The position numbers and the translations under genes were made by a program. Positions 1-13,860 of a stretch of 64,000 nt of DNA are shown here, piece by piece. Source of the DNA: Octopus vulgaris. Lineage: Eukaryota. The first letter of the stretch is position 1; each line of letters starts with the position of its first letter. A model generated the notes under the pieces. The model had not been told where the DNA came from and searched no databases. It saw only the letters and a list, made by a program, of their open reading frames with translations. The stretch is taken from contig OX597816.1 in assembly GCA_951406725.2 (NCBI GenBank), positions 56,172,001 through 56,236,000 of the forward strand. The letters run 5' to 3'.

Positions 1-140
1 CGCACATATGGTTGTGATGCATGTGCCTGGTGTACCCTTATCAGACAGGTAGCCCAGTATATTTTACTGGGGTAAAATATACTGGTCTTCGTATATTTTA
101 CCACAGTATCACTTTGAAGGCATGCACTGCTCTCTCACTA
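1..140 (+). mobile_element. End of an interspersed repeat followed by (TAA)n; same family as 20725-21230 in the opposite orientation; possibly the 3' UTR of a TAA-targeting non-LTR element
   Basis: Reverse complement matches 20725-20835 (catgcatcacaaccatatgtgcg, ttatcag, gtaaaatatacgaag); directly followed by (AAT)n at about 155-235. Confidence 0.6.
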
Positions 141-147
141 AAAAAAA

Positions 148-226
<79 letters not shown>

Positions 227-364
227 TAATAATAATATATGGCCGCTCAATCATAAACAAACACTTTCATATATACATAAAGTAGAGAAAAGGAGACTAG
301 AGTTATATGTGTGTAGAGTTATATGTGTATACATAATACATACATACATACATACATACATACA

Positions 365-401
<37 letters not shown>

Positions 402-764
402 ATATATATATAATTCCCGTCCATCTTTTCGGGGTCTATCAAATAACTATGCCTTGTTACTGACGTCAATGCAGTTGACTAACACACAGTACCTAAAATT
501 GGTGGACTTGTACCGAAATTGGAAACCATTATTATAAATAATTTTGCTGCTGCTGCTACTACTACTACTACTAGTACTACTACTACTACTATTACTACCA
601 TTACTCATTCGCGCTGTGAGTTTCGTTGATCAGACATCACCCATCAGAATCCAATTTACTTACAATATGTCACATTTCATGTAATCAATAATGCAATATT
701 GATAAAACCATTCTAATTATGGACATGTGTCCGCACGTGCGTGGGTGCGTGTGTGTGTACCGAA

Positions 765-1248
765 ACGGCACTCCGTCGGTTGCGACGACGAGTGGTTCCA
801 GTTGATCCGATCAACGCAACAGCCAAATCGTAACGTAAATGTAGTTATCAGCGAGATTTCATCGTGGCACACCGAATGTGTCACAGCTGGCCCTTTTGTA
901 TTACAGGTACAACTAATCTTTGACTGCTGAATGAACTAGAGCCACAAGAAATAGCTGGTACTCCGTCGGTTACGACGACGAGGGGTCCAGTTGATCCGAA
1001 CAATGGAACATCCTGCTCGTAAAATTAACGAGCAAATGACGTAAGTTTTTAGGAAGTTTCAGTGTGAAACGGAATGGGATCAGGCTGGCCCCTTGAAATG
1101 CAGGTACGACTCATTTTTGCCAGCTGAGTGAACTGGAGCAATGTAAAATAAAGTGTCTTGCTTAAGGGCATAACGTGCCACCTGGAATCGAACTCACGGC
1201 CTTACAACCGTGAGCCGAACACCCTGACCTCTAAGCTACGCGCCTTCA
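765..1248 (-). mobile_element. tRNA-derived SINE family C with a partially duplicated tail
   Basis: B-box-like gtgagttcgattcc on - at about 1185-1198; ctccgtcggtt[ga]cgacgacgag occurs twice (771 and 961); the tail recurs on + at about 5980-6155. Confidence 0.7.
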
Positions 1249-1509
1249 CCTGTATGAGCGGAGAGAGTGAGAGTGCGACAGAGAGAGAGGGCACGACAGA
1301 CAAAGAGAGAGTGAATAAGGAGAGGAAGGAGATGTTTCTTACATAGCAGCTCTTAGCAGCTTCGTTATTTGCTTTTTTTAAGTCTAACTTAATAACCATA
1401 ATTATTCATTGATCTGGTCACAATGTCTATATCTTACATCAAATTTTCGTCAGAATGTAATATATTCATCACATATACATGTGTATGTCTAGCAACCCCA
1501 TAGTTTTAC

Positions 1510-1547
<38 letters not shown>

Positions 1548-1990
1548 CTATTCACACTAAGACAATGCTATCATCTCCGCTGGAAAGTGACTCATATAAT
1601 TAGTATTGTCTGCTATCTAAACATATATTTAAATTTCATATAAAGGTTGTTAATTTTTTTCTTCTTATTTTACTTTTCGATTGCAGAATCATAAACCTAT
1701 ACAAATTAACACTTTAATATAATAATCTATTTTTCTTGAATGTTCATCCCTATCCCACACTCGCATCCGTAGAAATATTGCCGTAATTTACGAGTTGGCG
1801 GAAAACATATATTCAATAAAAGCAGGGTTTGCTATGGTACATTGAAAATATTGATCGCCTAGAGACGGTACAATTAAATTTACACACACACACACACACA
1901 CACATCATACAGTTTTGCTATTATGAATACGTGAAAAGTATATAAATTTGTTAAAAAATATAGACCGGAAAGAAGAATATACACAAGTGT

Positions 1991-2200
1991 TTTATCTGTT
2001 GCTTGTTTCAGTCATTAAACAACTGCCATTCTGGAGCACCGCTTTTGAAGAGTTTAAACCATTATATCGGACCTGGTACTTACTATTATGTAAAAATCTT
2101 GTACTTATTTAATCAATCAGCCCTTTTTGTCGAATCGCTAAGGCACAGGAACGTAAACAGACCAGCACCGGTTGTGAAACGATGGAAGACAACAAACACA
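1991..2200 (-). mobile_element. SINE family B (CORE-like), 3' part
   Basis: cttgtttcagtcatt...ggagcaccgc...cgtaaac...accagcaccggttgt is shared with the full copies. Confidence 0.65.
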
Positions 2201-2225
2201 CATGCACACACACACAAATACATAG

Positions 2226-2268
<43 letters not shown>

Positions 2269-2798
2269 TACACACACACACATATACTTCCAATCATCCT
2301 TTTTACCATTTAATCCATACGCACACTCTAAATTACCACCTTGACAATCTCACACATACATACGCTCACACAAACACACACACACACACACACGTACACA
2401 GCAACTCATATATACTCACACATACACACACACACACACAAACACACGCACAAACACGCGTTCTTTCGATGTATTTTCTGTTTGCCCAACGTTCATTTAT
2501 TCTACACTGTCAATGTTTTCTTCTAGCTGCAAAGATATAACGTCTCCCCAAGACACTTACCATTGAGTAGCCAGGACACCGAGCTTGGTGGATGCTTTCG
2601 GATATTTATTCTTTCAATCACTCTCGGGGAGTGGAGTTCTGATAATTAATCTTAAGCATTTAATAAAGGACTGGGTATCCCCCGCTATTATCCTGATGAT
2701 ACATATCTGACTCAAGCTGATCAATTTATTTGCGTATATGTACTACTGCACAGACCTATATGTATTATTATTCTCATACAGATTTCGAGGTAGACCAT

Positions 2799-2849
<51 letters not shown>

Positions 2850-3344
2850 CATTAGTAAGCTCGCGAATAGCGACGAAAGGACTTTGACAAACAAACAAAC
2901 GTTTGATTGTTCATCAAAAACATTAAACAAATAATAATAAATCTCTGAACGAGGTATAAACTAACTGTTCTCCTGGGGTTACAAGCTACAGTAATACCCA
3001 CCCTTAGTGGTTAGCCATATTGAGATGGCAAATATACCTCACATTAAACAAATAGTCAATAAAGAAGTAATATTGAACCAGTTCGTGTGTTTATCATTAT
3101 TGGCATAGTGACCCCTCCCAAGACGCAAAATGATTTGCTTCAACTCGCAAATTCGCATCAAGAATCTTCAAACCAAATACAAAAACGATTTGTTTTCGTT
3201 TCTTTAAAGAAATTCTATTTTGATTAAGGTTAGAATTACGGATGACAAAAACTGGGTTCTCCTTAAAGGTTATATAAGGTTATATAACGGTTTTTCTCCA
3301 GTTACAGACGAGTTTCAAGGATTAATATTTCAGCAAAGTAAGTC

Positions 3345-3510
3345 TAGCAGCTGAATTGTTGGCATGTCGGACATAATGCTTAACAGCATTTCGTCCGTCT
3401 TTATGCTCTGGGTTCAAATTTCGTGGAGGTCAGCATTGCCTTTCATCCTCTCGGGGTCGATAAAATAAGTACCAGTTAACAACTGGAGTCCATGTAATCG
3501 ACTTACTCCA
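3345..3510 (+). mobile_element. SINE family A, degenerate
   Basis: gggttcaaatt...gcctttcatcctctcggggtcgataaaataagtaccag. Confidence 0.65.
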
Positions 3511-3559
3511 TCTACAGCAATATTTGTATGCGCATCCATAAAAACAATATTTCACTCTT

Positions 3560-3730
3560 TTCACGCACGAAGAGGTCACATCCAAACCGTTGACCATTTT
3601 GGCGATTACTGATATCCACAGACTTTCGATATCCTATGCATATATGATGAGATCATAATGGACAGCATGAGGGCTGGTATATTTGACCAAGCGATGGCTA
3701 CAATATAATTACAGCATATCAGTTTCCTAA
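3560..3730 (+). pseudogene. Highly decayed Ty3/Gypsy gag-like remnant
   Basis: Frameshifted translation FHARRGHIQTVDHF / ITDIHRLSISYAY / DEIIMDSMRAGIFDQAMATI*LQ resembles the Gypsy gag pattern FNxRxQ..ETVDxFITDLxRLA..C.Y...ELIRDRIVVGI.D..LS.KLQ (recognised from memory). Confidence 0.4.
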
Positions 3731-4527
3731 CCGGATCCTTCAGAGTAGCCAGGAAAAAAAATGTTTAACAACATCCATGATGCGTTTTATGATGGTTATT
3801 TTGTTGACAATAGCTCTTAAATCTTTCGGTTTATCCATTGACCCGGAGAGGTTTTCGGAGAAGGCAGTAGGGATGATTCATGCGCTCTGTTTTACCGAAA
3901 AGAGCGAAATATAAATTAATTCTCAGCGACTTTGATGTAGCCAACTCAAATGGTTTGATGCTAACGTTGGAGCAAAGGGTGGATAACTCATCTCTTTCGT
4001 CATATTTGTAGTCCGACATCAAAGGTTTTCATTTTACTATGCTAAACATCATTCTCCGGAACATTTGTATGATTTCTATAAGAGGATGGTATCCAGTATA
4101 GTTTTGTAGGGAGCACCTCTGCTGACCTTCGCCAAGCCTAACCATTCTTCAATGATGACGACATACCATATTCCAGCTCCAGCGAGAATGAAATTTATCT
4201 GATCTAATCTAATCAATTTCTACGAATAATAATCGATGTTAGAAAGCTTGTAGTGTTACAATGACACAATGCTGATTCACGCGTGAGGTGGAGCGGGATG
4301 AGTAGAGACACACACACACACACAAATATATGCACGCGTATATCTAAGTGTGTGTGTGTGTGTGTGCATGTTTATAGATATATATGTATAACTTTGAGCA
4401 TTTAAGCGCAGATGAATATAGAATTGGAGAAACAGGAAACATGTTGGCCAGGCTTTAGCTGAGTAACATTAGAATATATGCATAAATTAGCTCCACTAAG
4501 GCCTGCTTTGTCGATGATGGAATGTGT

Positions 4528-4595
<68 letters not shown>

Positions 4596-4869
4596 ATCTG
4601 TATGTGTGTTCGTTTATTCAAAGCAAGGAAATAGAATTTGCTTCAAGTTTGGGAAATATCTTTTAAAAGATACCTATTAGTTGATTTTTCTTTTTATTAA
4701 ATCCAGAACTTTAAAATTTCTACTTTTAAGAAATGTTTACAAGTTTCGATCAAGCACAGAAGCGAACTACTTGACCTCACAGCCAAGCTTGTATGTATGT
4801 ATGTATGTATGTATGTATGTATGTATGTATGTATGTATGTATGTATGTATGTATGTATGTTTGTATGTA

Positions 4870-5375
4870 TTCTTTTACATGCTGCATGGTCAGGTCATCG
4901 GCGACTAAACCGACAACCCCACCAAGCTTACTTGGTGAGGAGGGTGTTTATTGGACACCCTGCGGGATGAAAAACAAAACCCGTCAAAGGGCGGAGGAAC
5001 TCTTGAGAATCAACGGCCATCCAATAAATGTCTTAAGGCTGTATCATGCGCGGGGACATAGAAATAACCGGACTGAATACCCGATCGCGCGGTTAAAACA
5101 TTGGGAGTGAAGGATTCCTAGCCTTTGTTAGGGCATCCTTCTAGGAGAAGGTAACTCATGTAACTGGGATAGCACCGACATAAAACCTGCGGCTCGGTGG
5201 TTACCGATGATTTTGACTTGTTCTTCTTTTCGGATTATAGCTGCTGTTGCTTAGTGAGTGGGATTGACTCAGTGCACAGCCTTTCTTGACTTAAAAAAAT
5301 CTTCTTGCACGGGCATTGCACGATAACAACATGAATTAAGCTTCGTGCAAAGGCCATACTCGATAACGAGGGGGC
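4870..5375 (+). mobile_element. Interspersed repeat resembling an RTE-clade 5' region; second copy at about 36620-36860
   Basis: tcggcgactaa...caacccca.caagct...ttggtgaggagggtg..t.ttggacaccctgc is shared with 36650-36720; contains tctaggagaaggtaactc, typical of RTE 5' UTRs. Confidence 0.55.
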
Positions 5376-5382
5376 AGCCACC

Positions 5383-5704
5383 ATTATTTTACTTGATTCA
5401 GTTATTTGACTGCACCCATGCTGAAGCACCGCTTTTAGTTGAACAAATTGACTCCAGGACTTATTCTTTGTAAGCCTAGTACTTATTCTATTGGTTCTCT
5501 TATGCAGAACCGCTAGGTTACGGAGACGTAAATACACACCAACGTGGGTGTCAAGCAATGGTGGGGGCACAAACACAGATACACAAATACACACACATAC
5601 AAACACACACACACACATACATACATACATACATACATACATACATACATGCATACATACATACATACATACATACATACATACAAACATACATACATAT
5701 ATAC

Positions 5705-5764
<60 letters not shown>

Positions 5765-5918
5765 GACTCTCTTCTTTCAGTTTCCGTCTACAAATCCACT
5801 CACAAGGCATTGGTTGGCCCGCGGCTATAGTAGTAGACACTTGCCGAAGTTGTCCCGTAGTGGGACTGAACCCAGAATTATGTGGTTGGGAAGCAATCTT
5901 CTTACCACACAGCCACTA
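5383..5918 (-). mobile_element. SINE family B (CORE-like), full length with internal microsatellite
   Basis: Head RC agtggctgtgtggtaag...ggttcagtcccact; body gacggaaactgaaaga; tail aagtaaaat. Confidence 0.8.
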
Positions 5919-6342
5919 CTATATATATGTGTGTGTATATATATATATATAAATATATAGATATATATATATATATGTTGAAAAGGGCCAGCTTTGCTAC
6001 ATTCAGTGTCACACTGAATCTCCCTGAAAACTACATTAAAGGCTCGAGTGTCTGTGGAGTACTCAGCCACTTGCTTATTGATTTCACTAGCAGGCTGTTC
6101 CGTCAACCGGATCAAATGGAAACCTTGTCGTCGCAACTGACCGACTGACCGCCAGTTGGTTTTATATTGGTTCCAGCAGCCTAGATTATGCTTGTGAATA
6201 ACCTATTAGGGCCTCATTCTGCTCTCCAAATATCTGGAGAGAAATGTGCCACAAATGTCCTTCCGGGTTCAATTTCACAGATTCAGGAAAAATAGAGACA
6301 GGGAACCTAAATGATAGGTGGATGGAAAGAGAATGAGAGAAA

Positions 6343-6429
<87 letters not shown>

Positions 6430-6530
6430 GAGAAGTGATTTTATCATTTCATTGCTAATTCATTTACCTGTAACAAAAAATATCAATTTAAGCTCAGAGA
6501 AAAGGGAACCAGAAGATTTGACGCACACGA

Positions 6531-6710
6531 ACTCACTCACACCTACACTCACTCTTACGTACACTCACTCTCACGTACACTCACTCACACCTACACTCAC
6601 TCTCACGTACACTCACTCTCACGTACACTCACTCACACCTGCACTCACTCACACCTACACTCACTCACACCTACACTCACTCTCACCTACACTCACTCTC
6701 ACCTACACAC
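6531..6710. repeat. 16-bp minisatellite ACACTCACTCWCACST
   Basis: About 11 tandem units of acactcactcacacct / acactcactctcacgt. Confidence 0.85.
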
Positions 6711-7109
6711 ACTATAACAAGACGTCACTCGTGACGGAGTAAGACTCGATAATATTTACTCTGCTTTCACATTTAATCAACCATTTTATAAACGCACCAT
6801 GAGCCTGTAGCTTGTGACTCACACGCTTCTCCTGGCTTTTCACTACTAATGTAAGCGCCAACCAATGCAGTACATTGAATAGGTTGAACAGGGCTACTCT
6901 GATGAGTGCAATAACCGACCTTCAGGGATCTCTCGGGTGATTTCCCTTCCGGTAGTTTTGCAACAACTGCTATGAGGGTTTCACTGATGATATTATACGA
7001 TTTGGGTTGAGATGTCTGCAGAATACTAAATGCAATGTAGTTCTATGAGCTGCACAGTTCTCACCCCGCACCCCATTTTACCCCAGTTGCATCGCAGTTG
7101 AAATAATTG

Positions 7110-7320
7110 TTGACAGAAGCATCGGCACACCGGGTGAAGTGTTTAGAGGCATTTCCTACGACTTTAGTTTCTGATTTTAAATTCCGACGGGATCAAACTT
7201 TGACTTTTCATCCTTTCGGAGTCGATAAAATAAGTACCAGTTACATACTGGGGCCGATATAATCGATGCAACCACCTCCCCTGAAATTGCTGGCGTTGTG
7301 TCAAAATTTGAAATCAATAT
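7110..7320 (+). mobile_element. SINE family A, degenerate
   Basis: ttttcatcctttcggagtcgataaaataagtaccagttacatactgggg. Confidence 0.65.
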
Positions 7321-8652
7321 TTGTTTAGATTTTATACGATAATGATTGTAGGTCATCTTGAAGACTTAAAATACTTCAAACTACGTTGTATTGGTTGTGA
7401 TCTAAATGAAATCCTGCAAATGATGGCCGTCTGTTTCTAGTAATTTGTTACGATAACCAATTTTTTTTCGTTACCACTTTTAGTTCGTGCCTCAGAAAAA
7501 TCACCCTTCTCATGAGAGATGCTTGTTGACAGCTCTAGGAAACATTAACTTAACAAAATGTCGCATCTGGAAGTCATTCAATTCATTATTCACCTTCCAT
7601 TTAATGACTGTCTCTGTCCGATATTTTTCTGTGTCGGTCGATATTTGTCTGATAAAATTTCGTCCATATTGGTTTTGTCTCCTCGCTATGAACGATCTCA
7701 GTTACTTCCACCTGTTGGTGAATGGTGACCGTTAACACGGCATAGAACATTCTATATCCAGAAATTGAATTTCTTGATCTGTGTTTCTCAGCAATTTGGT
7801 CAACCAAAGATAACATCCTCGATAGATTATTATCTAAAAGCTGACCCTGTACCGTCAAAATGACAGCTAATTGTAGTATTTTATATATAAATAAGGTACA
7901 AAATAAGGGACATAATAATCACAGATACAAACCTTCACACGCTTTCCTTGTACACGCAAACACATACACACGTATACTCACACAGAGTTGAAACGCTGTT
8001 TGTTTTTTCCTGTCATTGTTGAATGCTCCCCATCCCACTTCCATTGTGCACACACACACACACAAATACAAACATTCACATACCTTCCTATTACATACAC
8101 TTACATATACTCACACAGAGTTGAAACACTGATTTTTCGACCCTTTCCTTCCTTATTCTTCTATCATCCCTTCCTTTCTCTCATTGTTATTACTTTCTCT
8201 CTCACTCTCTCTCAGTCAGAGCTATTACTCTCACTACTTCTCCTTCACTCAATTGCTATTTTATTTCCTCTCCCTTCACTTATATAATTCTGTCTCCCAC
8301 TCCATCCTACTTCTACTCTGTGATTTTAGACAAATATATGCGTGTGCGTGTATGTATGTATGTTCGTATGTAAGTAAGTTTGTATGTACGTAGGTATGCT
8401 TGCTTGTATATACATATGCATGTATGTATATGCGTATGTACGTATGTATGTATACATGCATGTATATATGTACATGTGCGTGTATGCATGTATGCTTGTA
8501 TGTATGTATATATGTATATATGTAGATATGTCTGTTTGTATGTACGTATGCATGCTTGTATGTAGGCAAGCATATATGTATATCAGAATATAAGAATATA
8601 TGCGTGTGTACATGTATGTATGCATGTATCTACGTATACATGAATATATCTA

Positions 8653-8736
<84 letters not shown>

Positions 8737-8841
8737 ACCTGCCTATGAATCAGTCTGGATGTCACCGATCGCTTGTACGTCCATTTACGTAGCACTCTAT
8801 TCCTAGTCATTTCCAGATACATGTATGTGTCTATTTAACAT

Positions 8842-8877
8842 CCATTCTCTCTTTACATATATGTAAAGAGAGAATGG
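8842..8877. repeat. Perfect 36-bp palindrome centred on (TA)n
   Basis: ccattctctctttacata|tatgtaaagagagaatgg. Confidence 0.9.
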
Positions 8878-8955
8878 CTCTCCATCCCATCTCGTGCTGA
8901 TTCTTATATCCCGATGTCAGTAACCCCGTCTCCAGTGGCCTACCCTACTTGTCTC

Positions 8956-9008
<53 letters not shown>

Positions 9009-9046
9009 CTCTCTCTCTCTTTCTCTCTCTCTCTCGTCTCTTTACT

Positions 9047-9180
9047 ACTCCATCAATCTCTCTCCTTCCATTTCTATAGAAATATTTGCACTGATTCTCT
9101 GCTACCAGCTGTCAATCATTTACTAATGTTCAATAGAATCAAATAAACATCTCAACGCAACCAATGAAATCGAAGAACAT
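9047..9180 (+). promoter_or_regulatory. Unique-looking 134-bp module duplicated in inverted orientation at 33912-34045; carries a PBX/PREP-MEIS decamer, an E-box and a CCAAT box
   Basis: 1 mismatch in 134 bp against the RC of 33912-34045; CTGTCAATCA (RC TGATTGACAG) 9109-9118 overlaps CAGCTG; CCAAT 9161-9165. Regulatory function is inferred only. Confidence 0.4.
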
Positions 9181-9191
9181 ACAAACGTACA

Positions 9192-9280
<89 letters not shown>

Positions 9281-9342
9281 GAATAAATTATGTGCGTGTC
9301 TCACACACTATCTCTCTCACAAACTCTCTCTCTCTCTATGTG

Positions 9343-9390
<48 letters not shown>

Positions 9391-9688
9391 CTCAATTCCT
9401 ATCTGTCTATAGAGCTATCTATATATGTATCATTCTATATGTGTGTGTATGTATGAATGTGTGCGTGTCTGTCTGTGTGTTTGAGTGCGTGTGTGCATAT
9501 ATGTATATATACAGAAAGGAAGAGAAAGAGAATACGAACGAGAAAGATATATTTGTGTTTAAATACGCACACACACGCACACACTCACACACACATATAC
9601 ATATACACGCAGACATGTATATACTATATATATATATACATACATATATATATATACATATATACAATTATATATATATATAATTATA

Positions 9689-9717
<29 letters not shown>

Positions 9718-9719
<2 letters not shown>

Positions 9720-9948
9720 TTCTTTACTACCCACAAGGGACTAAACACAGAGGGGAAAAACAAGGACAGACAAACAGATTAGGTCGGTTATGTCGACCCC
9801 AGTGCGTAACTGGTACTTAATTTATCGACCCCGAAAGGATGAAAGGCAAAGTTGATCTCGGCGGAATTTGAACACAGAACGTAACGGCAGACGAAATACG
9901 GCTACGCATATCGCCCGGCGTGCTGACGACTCTGCCAGCTCGCCGCCT
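9718..9948 (-). mobile_element. SINE family A, full length
   Basis: RC: ggcggcgagctggcagagtcgtcagcacgccgggcg...gttcaaattccgccgag...gcctttcatcctttcggggtcgataaattaagtaccag...gtagtaaagaaa. Confidence 0.85.
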
Positions 9949-10190
9949 TTTATATACAATCATGCATGCACATACTCAAACATGTGCACGTTCACGCGCA
10001 CACACAATCAGAACGGATTTCCATAGACTTTCGTTTCCGTCTATCACATTCCCTAAAACGGCATTGGTTGGCCTGGGTGGTACCAGAAACTACTTGCTCA
10101 AAGTGGCGCATGAGAAACTGAACCCAAAACAACGTGGTTGTAAAGAAAGCTCTTAAAACACACAGCCATGTCTGTGCCTACATACATACA

Positions 10191-10224
<34 letters not shown>

Positions 10225-10519
10225 CATACATACATACATACATACATACATACATACATACATAAATACATACATATACACACACACACACATACATACA
10301 TATATACATACATACATACATACATACATACATACATACATACATACATACATACATACATACATACATACATACATACATACATAAATACATGCATACA
10401 CACATACATACAGATATGTATGTATATAGTCAATTCAAAACAAGCAAAAACACCAACGAGCGTTTGGACAAGCAAAAGCAATATACTAATAAGACACTTC
10501 GAGAAGGAAAAGAGTAGAG

Positions 10520-10554
10520 GTTTTATGTTTCGAGCATAGCTCTTCTTCGGAAAC
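10520..10554 (-). ncRNA. Minimal type I hammerhead-like motif (U4C core) in a short repeat (about 10428-10612) embedded in microsatellite
   Basis: RC: gttt-CCGAAGA-a-gagc-tat-gctc-GAAA-cata-aaac; stem I gttt/aaac, stem II gagc/gctc. Confidence 0.5.
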
Positions 10555-10782
10555 AGGAAGAAACAGGAAGGTCCAAGAAAGACAAAAATCGCCAACAAAC
10601 ACAGGCAATTACATATGTATGTAGGTATGTGTGTATGTATGTATATATATATATATATGGATATCTATATATGTGTATATATATATGTGTGTATATATGT
10701 ATATATATATATACATACATTTATATATATACATATATATGTGCGTGTCTATATATATATATGTGTATGTATGTGTGTCTAT

Positions 10783-10814
<32 letters not shown>

Positions 10815-10941
10815 GTAGACACATGTATACATCTATACAACATGCGTATATCTCTGCGTGTGGTATACATTATGCATCAAAATTTGTTCGTAAAAGATAA
10901 ATAAGAAACTCTATGTGTGTGCCCGTGTGTGTGTGCGTATA

Positions 10942-10973
<32 letters not shown>

Positions 10974-11362
10974 CGTGTAGTTGAACGTTGGCTAGCCAGT
11001 GGAGGAGGCTATCAATAGACTGTACTAGAAATAGCTGCAGTGCTGCTGAATGTAATGCAGACACAAAGCACTTTCGTGGTGTTGGAGTTTATCGTCGTCA
11101 CTTTAGCGACAACAAATCGTGGTTATACAAGAAACAATGGAGGAATGAGAAACCAACATCAATGGCGTTTGCAATCCCAGTTCTAGATATATTTTGTTAT
11201 GTTTAAAACACATACACACACACACACAACACATGCAAATATATATGTATAAAATATTGTATATACATTTACATACGCACTTATGCATCAGTGCATATAT
11301 ACATATCGCGCTCTCTCTCTCTCTCTCTCTCTCACTCACTCGCTCTATCTATATATACATAA

Positions 11363-11396
<34 letters not shown>

Positions 11397-11513
11397 ACAA
11401 TTTAATAAATAAAACATATGCATACATACATACATATATGTACATACCTACAGCAAACAACGAGAAACGAAAACATAAAAATCAAACAAGGAAACGGACT
11501 TTTTATATAGATG

Positions 11514-11569
<56 letters not shown>

Positions 11570-11616
11570 TGTGTGTGTGTGGAGAGAGAGGGATAAAATT
11601 ATATATGTGTGTGTAC

Positions 11617-11654
<38 letters not shown>

Positions 11655-11676
11655 ACAGATACATAGAGATATTTGA

Positions 11677-11749
<73 letters not shown>

Positions 11750-12083
11750 TCCGTATATATATTTCTGACATTTCTGTATACGTGTGAAGATGTTTCTGTG
11801 TGTGTGCGCACGTGCATTAGACTTGAATTGATATTTCCATTTCCAAACAGCTTCAAGACATTCCAGCTGCCAAAATCGTTGTGCGTCGCATAAAATGCTT
11901 GGTTATATATTTCTTCCGACTGTTTACGTTCTTAGTTCAAATGATCTCGAGGTTTACTTCGCTTCTCATCCTTCCAAAGTCGATAAAAGAACGTACAAGC
12001 TGTGCACTGTGGTCGATGTAAGCCACTTAATCGTTCTCCCGAAATTGCTACACTTTCCAAACATTTCAAACCCTTATTCTTAA

Positions 12084-12368
12084 AGGAGTGGCTGTGTGGT
12101 AAGTAGCCTGCTTACCAGCCACACGGTTCCGGGTTCAGTCCCACTGCGTGGCACCTTGGGAAAGTGTCTTCTACTATAGCCTCAGGCCGACCAAACCCTT
12201 GTGAGTAGATTTGGTAGACGGAAACTGAAAGAAGCCTGTCGTATATATATATGTGTGTGTTTGAGTCTGTGTTTGTCCTCCCAACATCGCTTGACAACCG
12301 ATGCTGGTATGTTTACGTCCCCGTTACTTAGCGGTTCGGCAAAAGAGTAAAAAGAGTAAAAAAGAGTA
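12084..12368 (+). mobile_element. SINE family B (CORE-like)
   Basis: ggagtggctgtgtggtaag (A box), ccgggttcagtccc (B box), accttgggaaagt CORE-like motif, (aaaagagt)n tail. Confidence 0.85.
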
Positions 12369-12598
12369 GTTCAAGAAAAGTATCCCAACTTTGGTCATAT
12401 TGATACTAATAACCAGTTGTTCGAACCCGGTACCTTTATGGTTCGGGGTAAAACGTTAGGAGGGTACAGAGTGACATTTGACTAATGAATGACAAAAGAC
12501 AGGAATTATTAATCACATCAATCCATTTCATAAGCTTAATTGCTCCTCGGAAATTATACGATGTTGGACAAAGGTCACACTGAGAGTGCCTTGTGTGT

Positions 12599-12644
<46 letters not shown>

Positions 12645-13022
12645 TTTTTCTTTCTCACTTGTTTTAGTCATTTGATTGCGGCCATATTGGGGCACCGCCG
12701 TGAAGAATTTTAGTCGAATGAATCGACCCCACTACTTAAATTTTGGTAAGCCTGGCACTTACAACGTTGTTATCTTTTGCCGAACTGCTAGGTTACTTTG
12801 ATATAAACGCACCAACACCACTTGTAAAGTGACGATGGACATACACACACACATATATACATATACGACGGGCTTCTTTCAGTTTCCGTCTACCAAATCA
12901 TCTCATAAGGCTTTGGTCGATCCGAGGTTATAGTAGAAGGCACTTGCCCAAGGTTCCACTTAATGGGACTGAACCCAGAACCACATAGCTGGGAAGCAAA
13001 CTTCTTACCACACAGCCACGCC
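12645..13022 (-). mobile_element. SINE family B (CORE-like)
   Basis: RC of the family B consensus; inverted relative to 12084-12368. Confidence 0.8.
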
Positions 13023-13349
13023 TGGTCCCATATGATTTTCCTTTCATTTCTTCAGAGACTTAATATTGTAGGGAAAGAAACATATTTCTTCAACACCCAG
13101 AAGTTCCATTTCGAATATTTGGAAATTCTGACGGTTTCCAGCTCGAATTCCCGGAATGCAGGTCAGAGAGATTCTTTGCTGGAAAATCACAGTTTTCCAT
13201 TTGACCATCGTACAAGTAATTTAGAAAAATATTAATGTTTTGTGATTAGAGAAATTGTTTGCCTTCAAGAACTTAACCAAAAATCTCTCATAGCACTGGC
13301 CTTTGACGAATTCTGTTCGCTTCGGCAAGGATATTCACATGCAAGGAAG

Positions 13350-13860
13350 GAAATGGTGCGAGGATTCCTTCCAGACTGTAATATCAGGAATGCCGTGTTT
13401 GTTTTGCGGGGAATAGATGATGGGAATGTCTCAATAGTATACTTTAGATATGAAGTTGTTGGCATCCTTTTGCCTCGGGAAACAATGGAGTTGCGCATAA
13501 ACTAATCCAGTCTGGTTTTGACATTTCATGTCCTCTCCAGTTTGCTCTCCAGTTTGCTCTCCAGTTTTGCACAAGCCTGGGCTAGATGTAAGAAAATCCT
13601 GGGTAGCCCAATCGTCAAGATTCCTCTCTCGACCTTGCTGACGTAGTCCAAAGGAGTGCAGAGCATTACGTTTGGCACCAGCTTGGTTGCAGGAGCTGCT
13701 GGAACAGTATCGAGTCGAACACTAAACCGCCTTCGGGGCTCTACTCCGGATTTCTTTGAAGGTAGTCTCCTTTCCGTAACCCTGGATAGGGGGCCATACC
13801 GGGTACTGTCAGCCGGAGCCAACAAAATCAAAAGGAGCTCGATGAGTTTCCGCAATCATG
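13350..13860. mobile_element. RTE-like LINE debris: short RT-like peptide on + and putative RTE 5' region on -
   Basis: EMVRGFLPDCNIRNAVFVLR resembles RTE RT motif EQxGF...TRNAIFxLR; RC of 13570-13700 (tagcccaggcttgtgc) resembles the RTE-like segment of the SINE at 54310-54440. Confidence 0.35.

Noticed and set aside
6531-6710. Regularly spaced repeats (CRISPR-like?)
   Set aside because: Head-to-tail minisatellite with no unique spacers, in a eukaryotic context with no cas genes
7601-7858. 85-aa non-repetitive minus-strand ORF
   Set aside because: No recognisable motif or splice structure; length is compatible with chance
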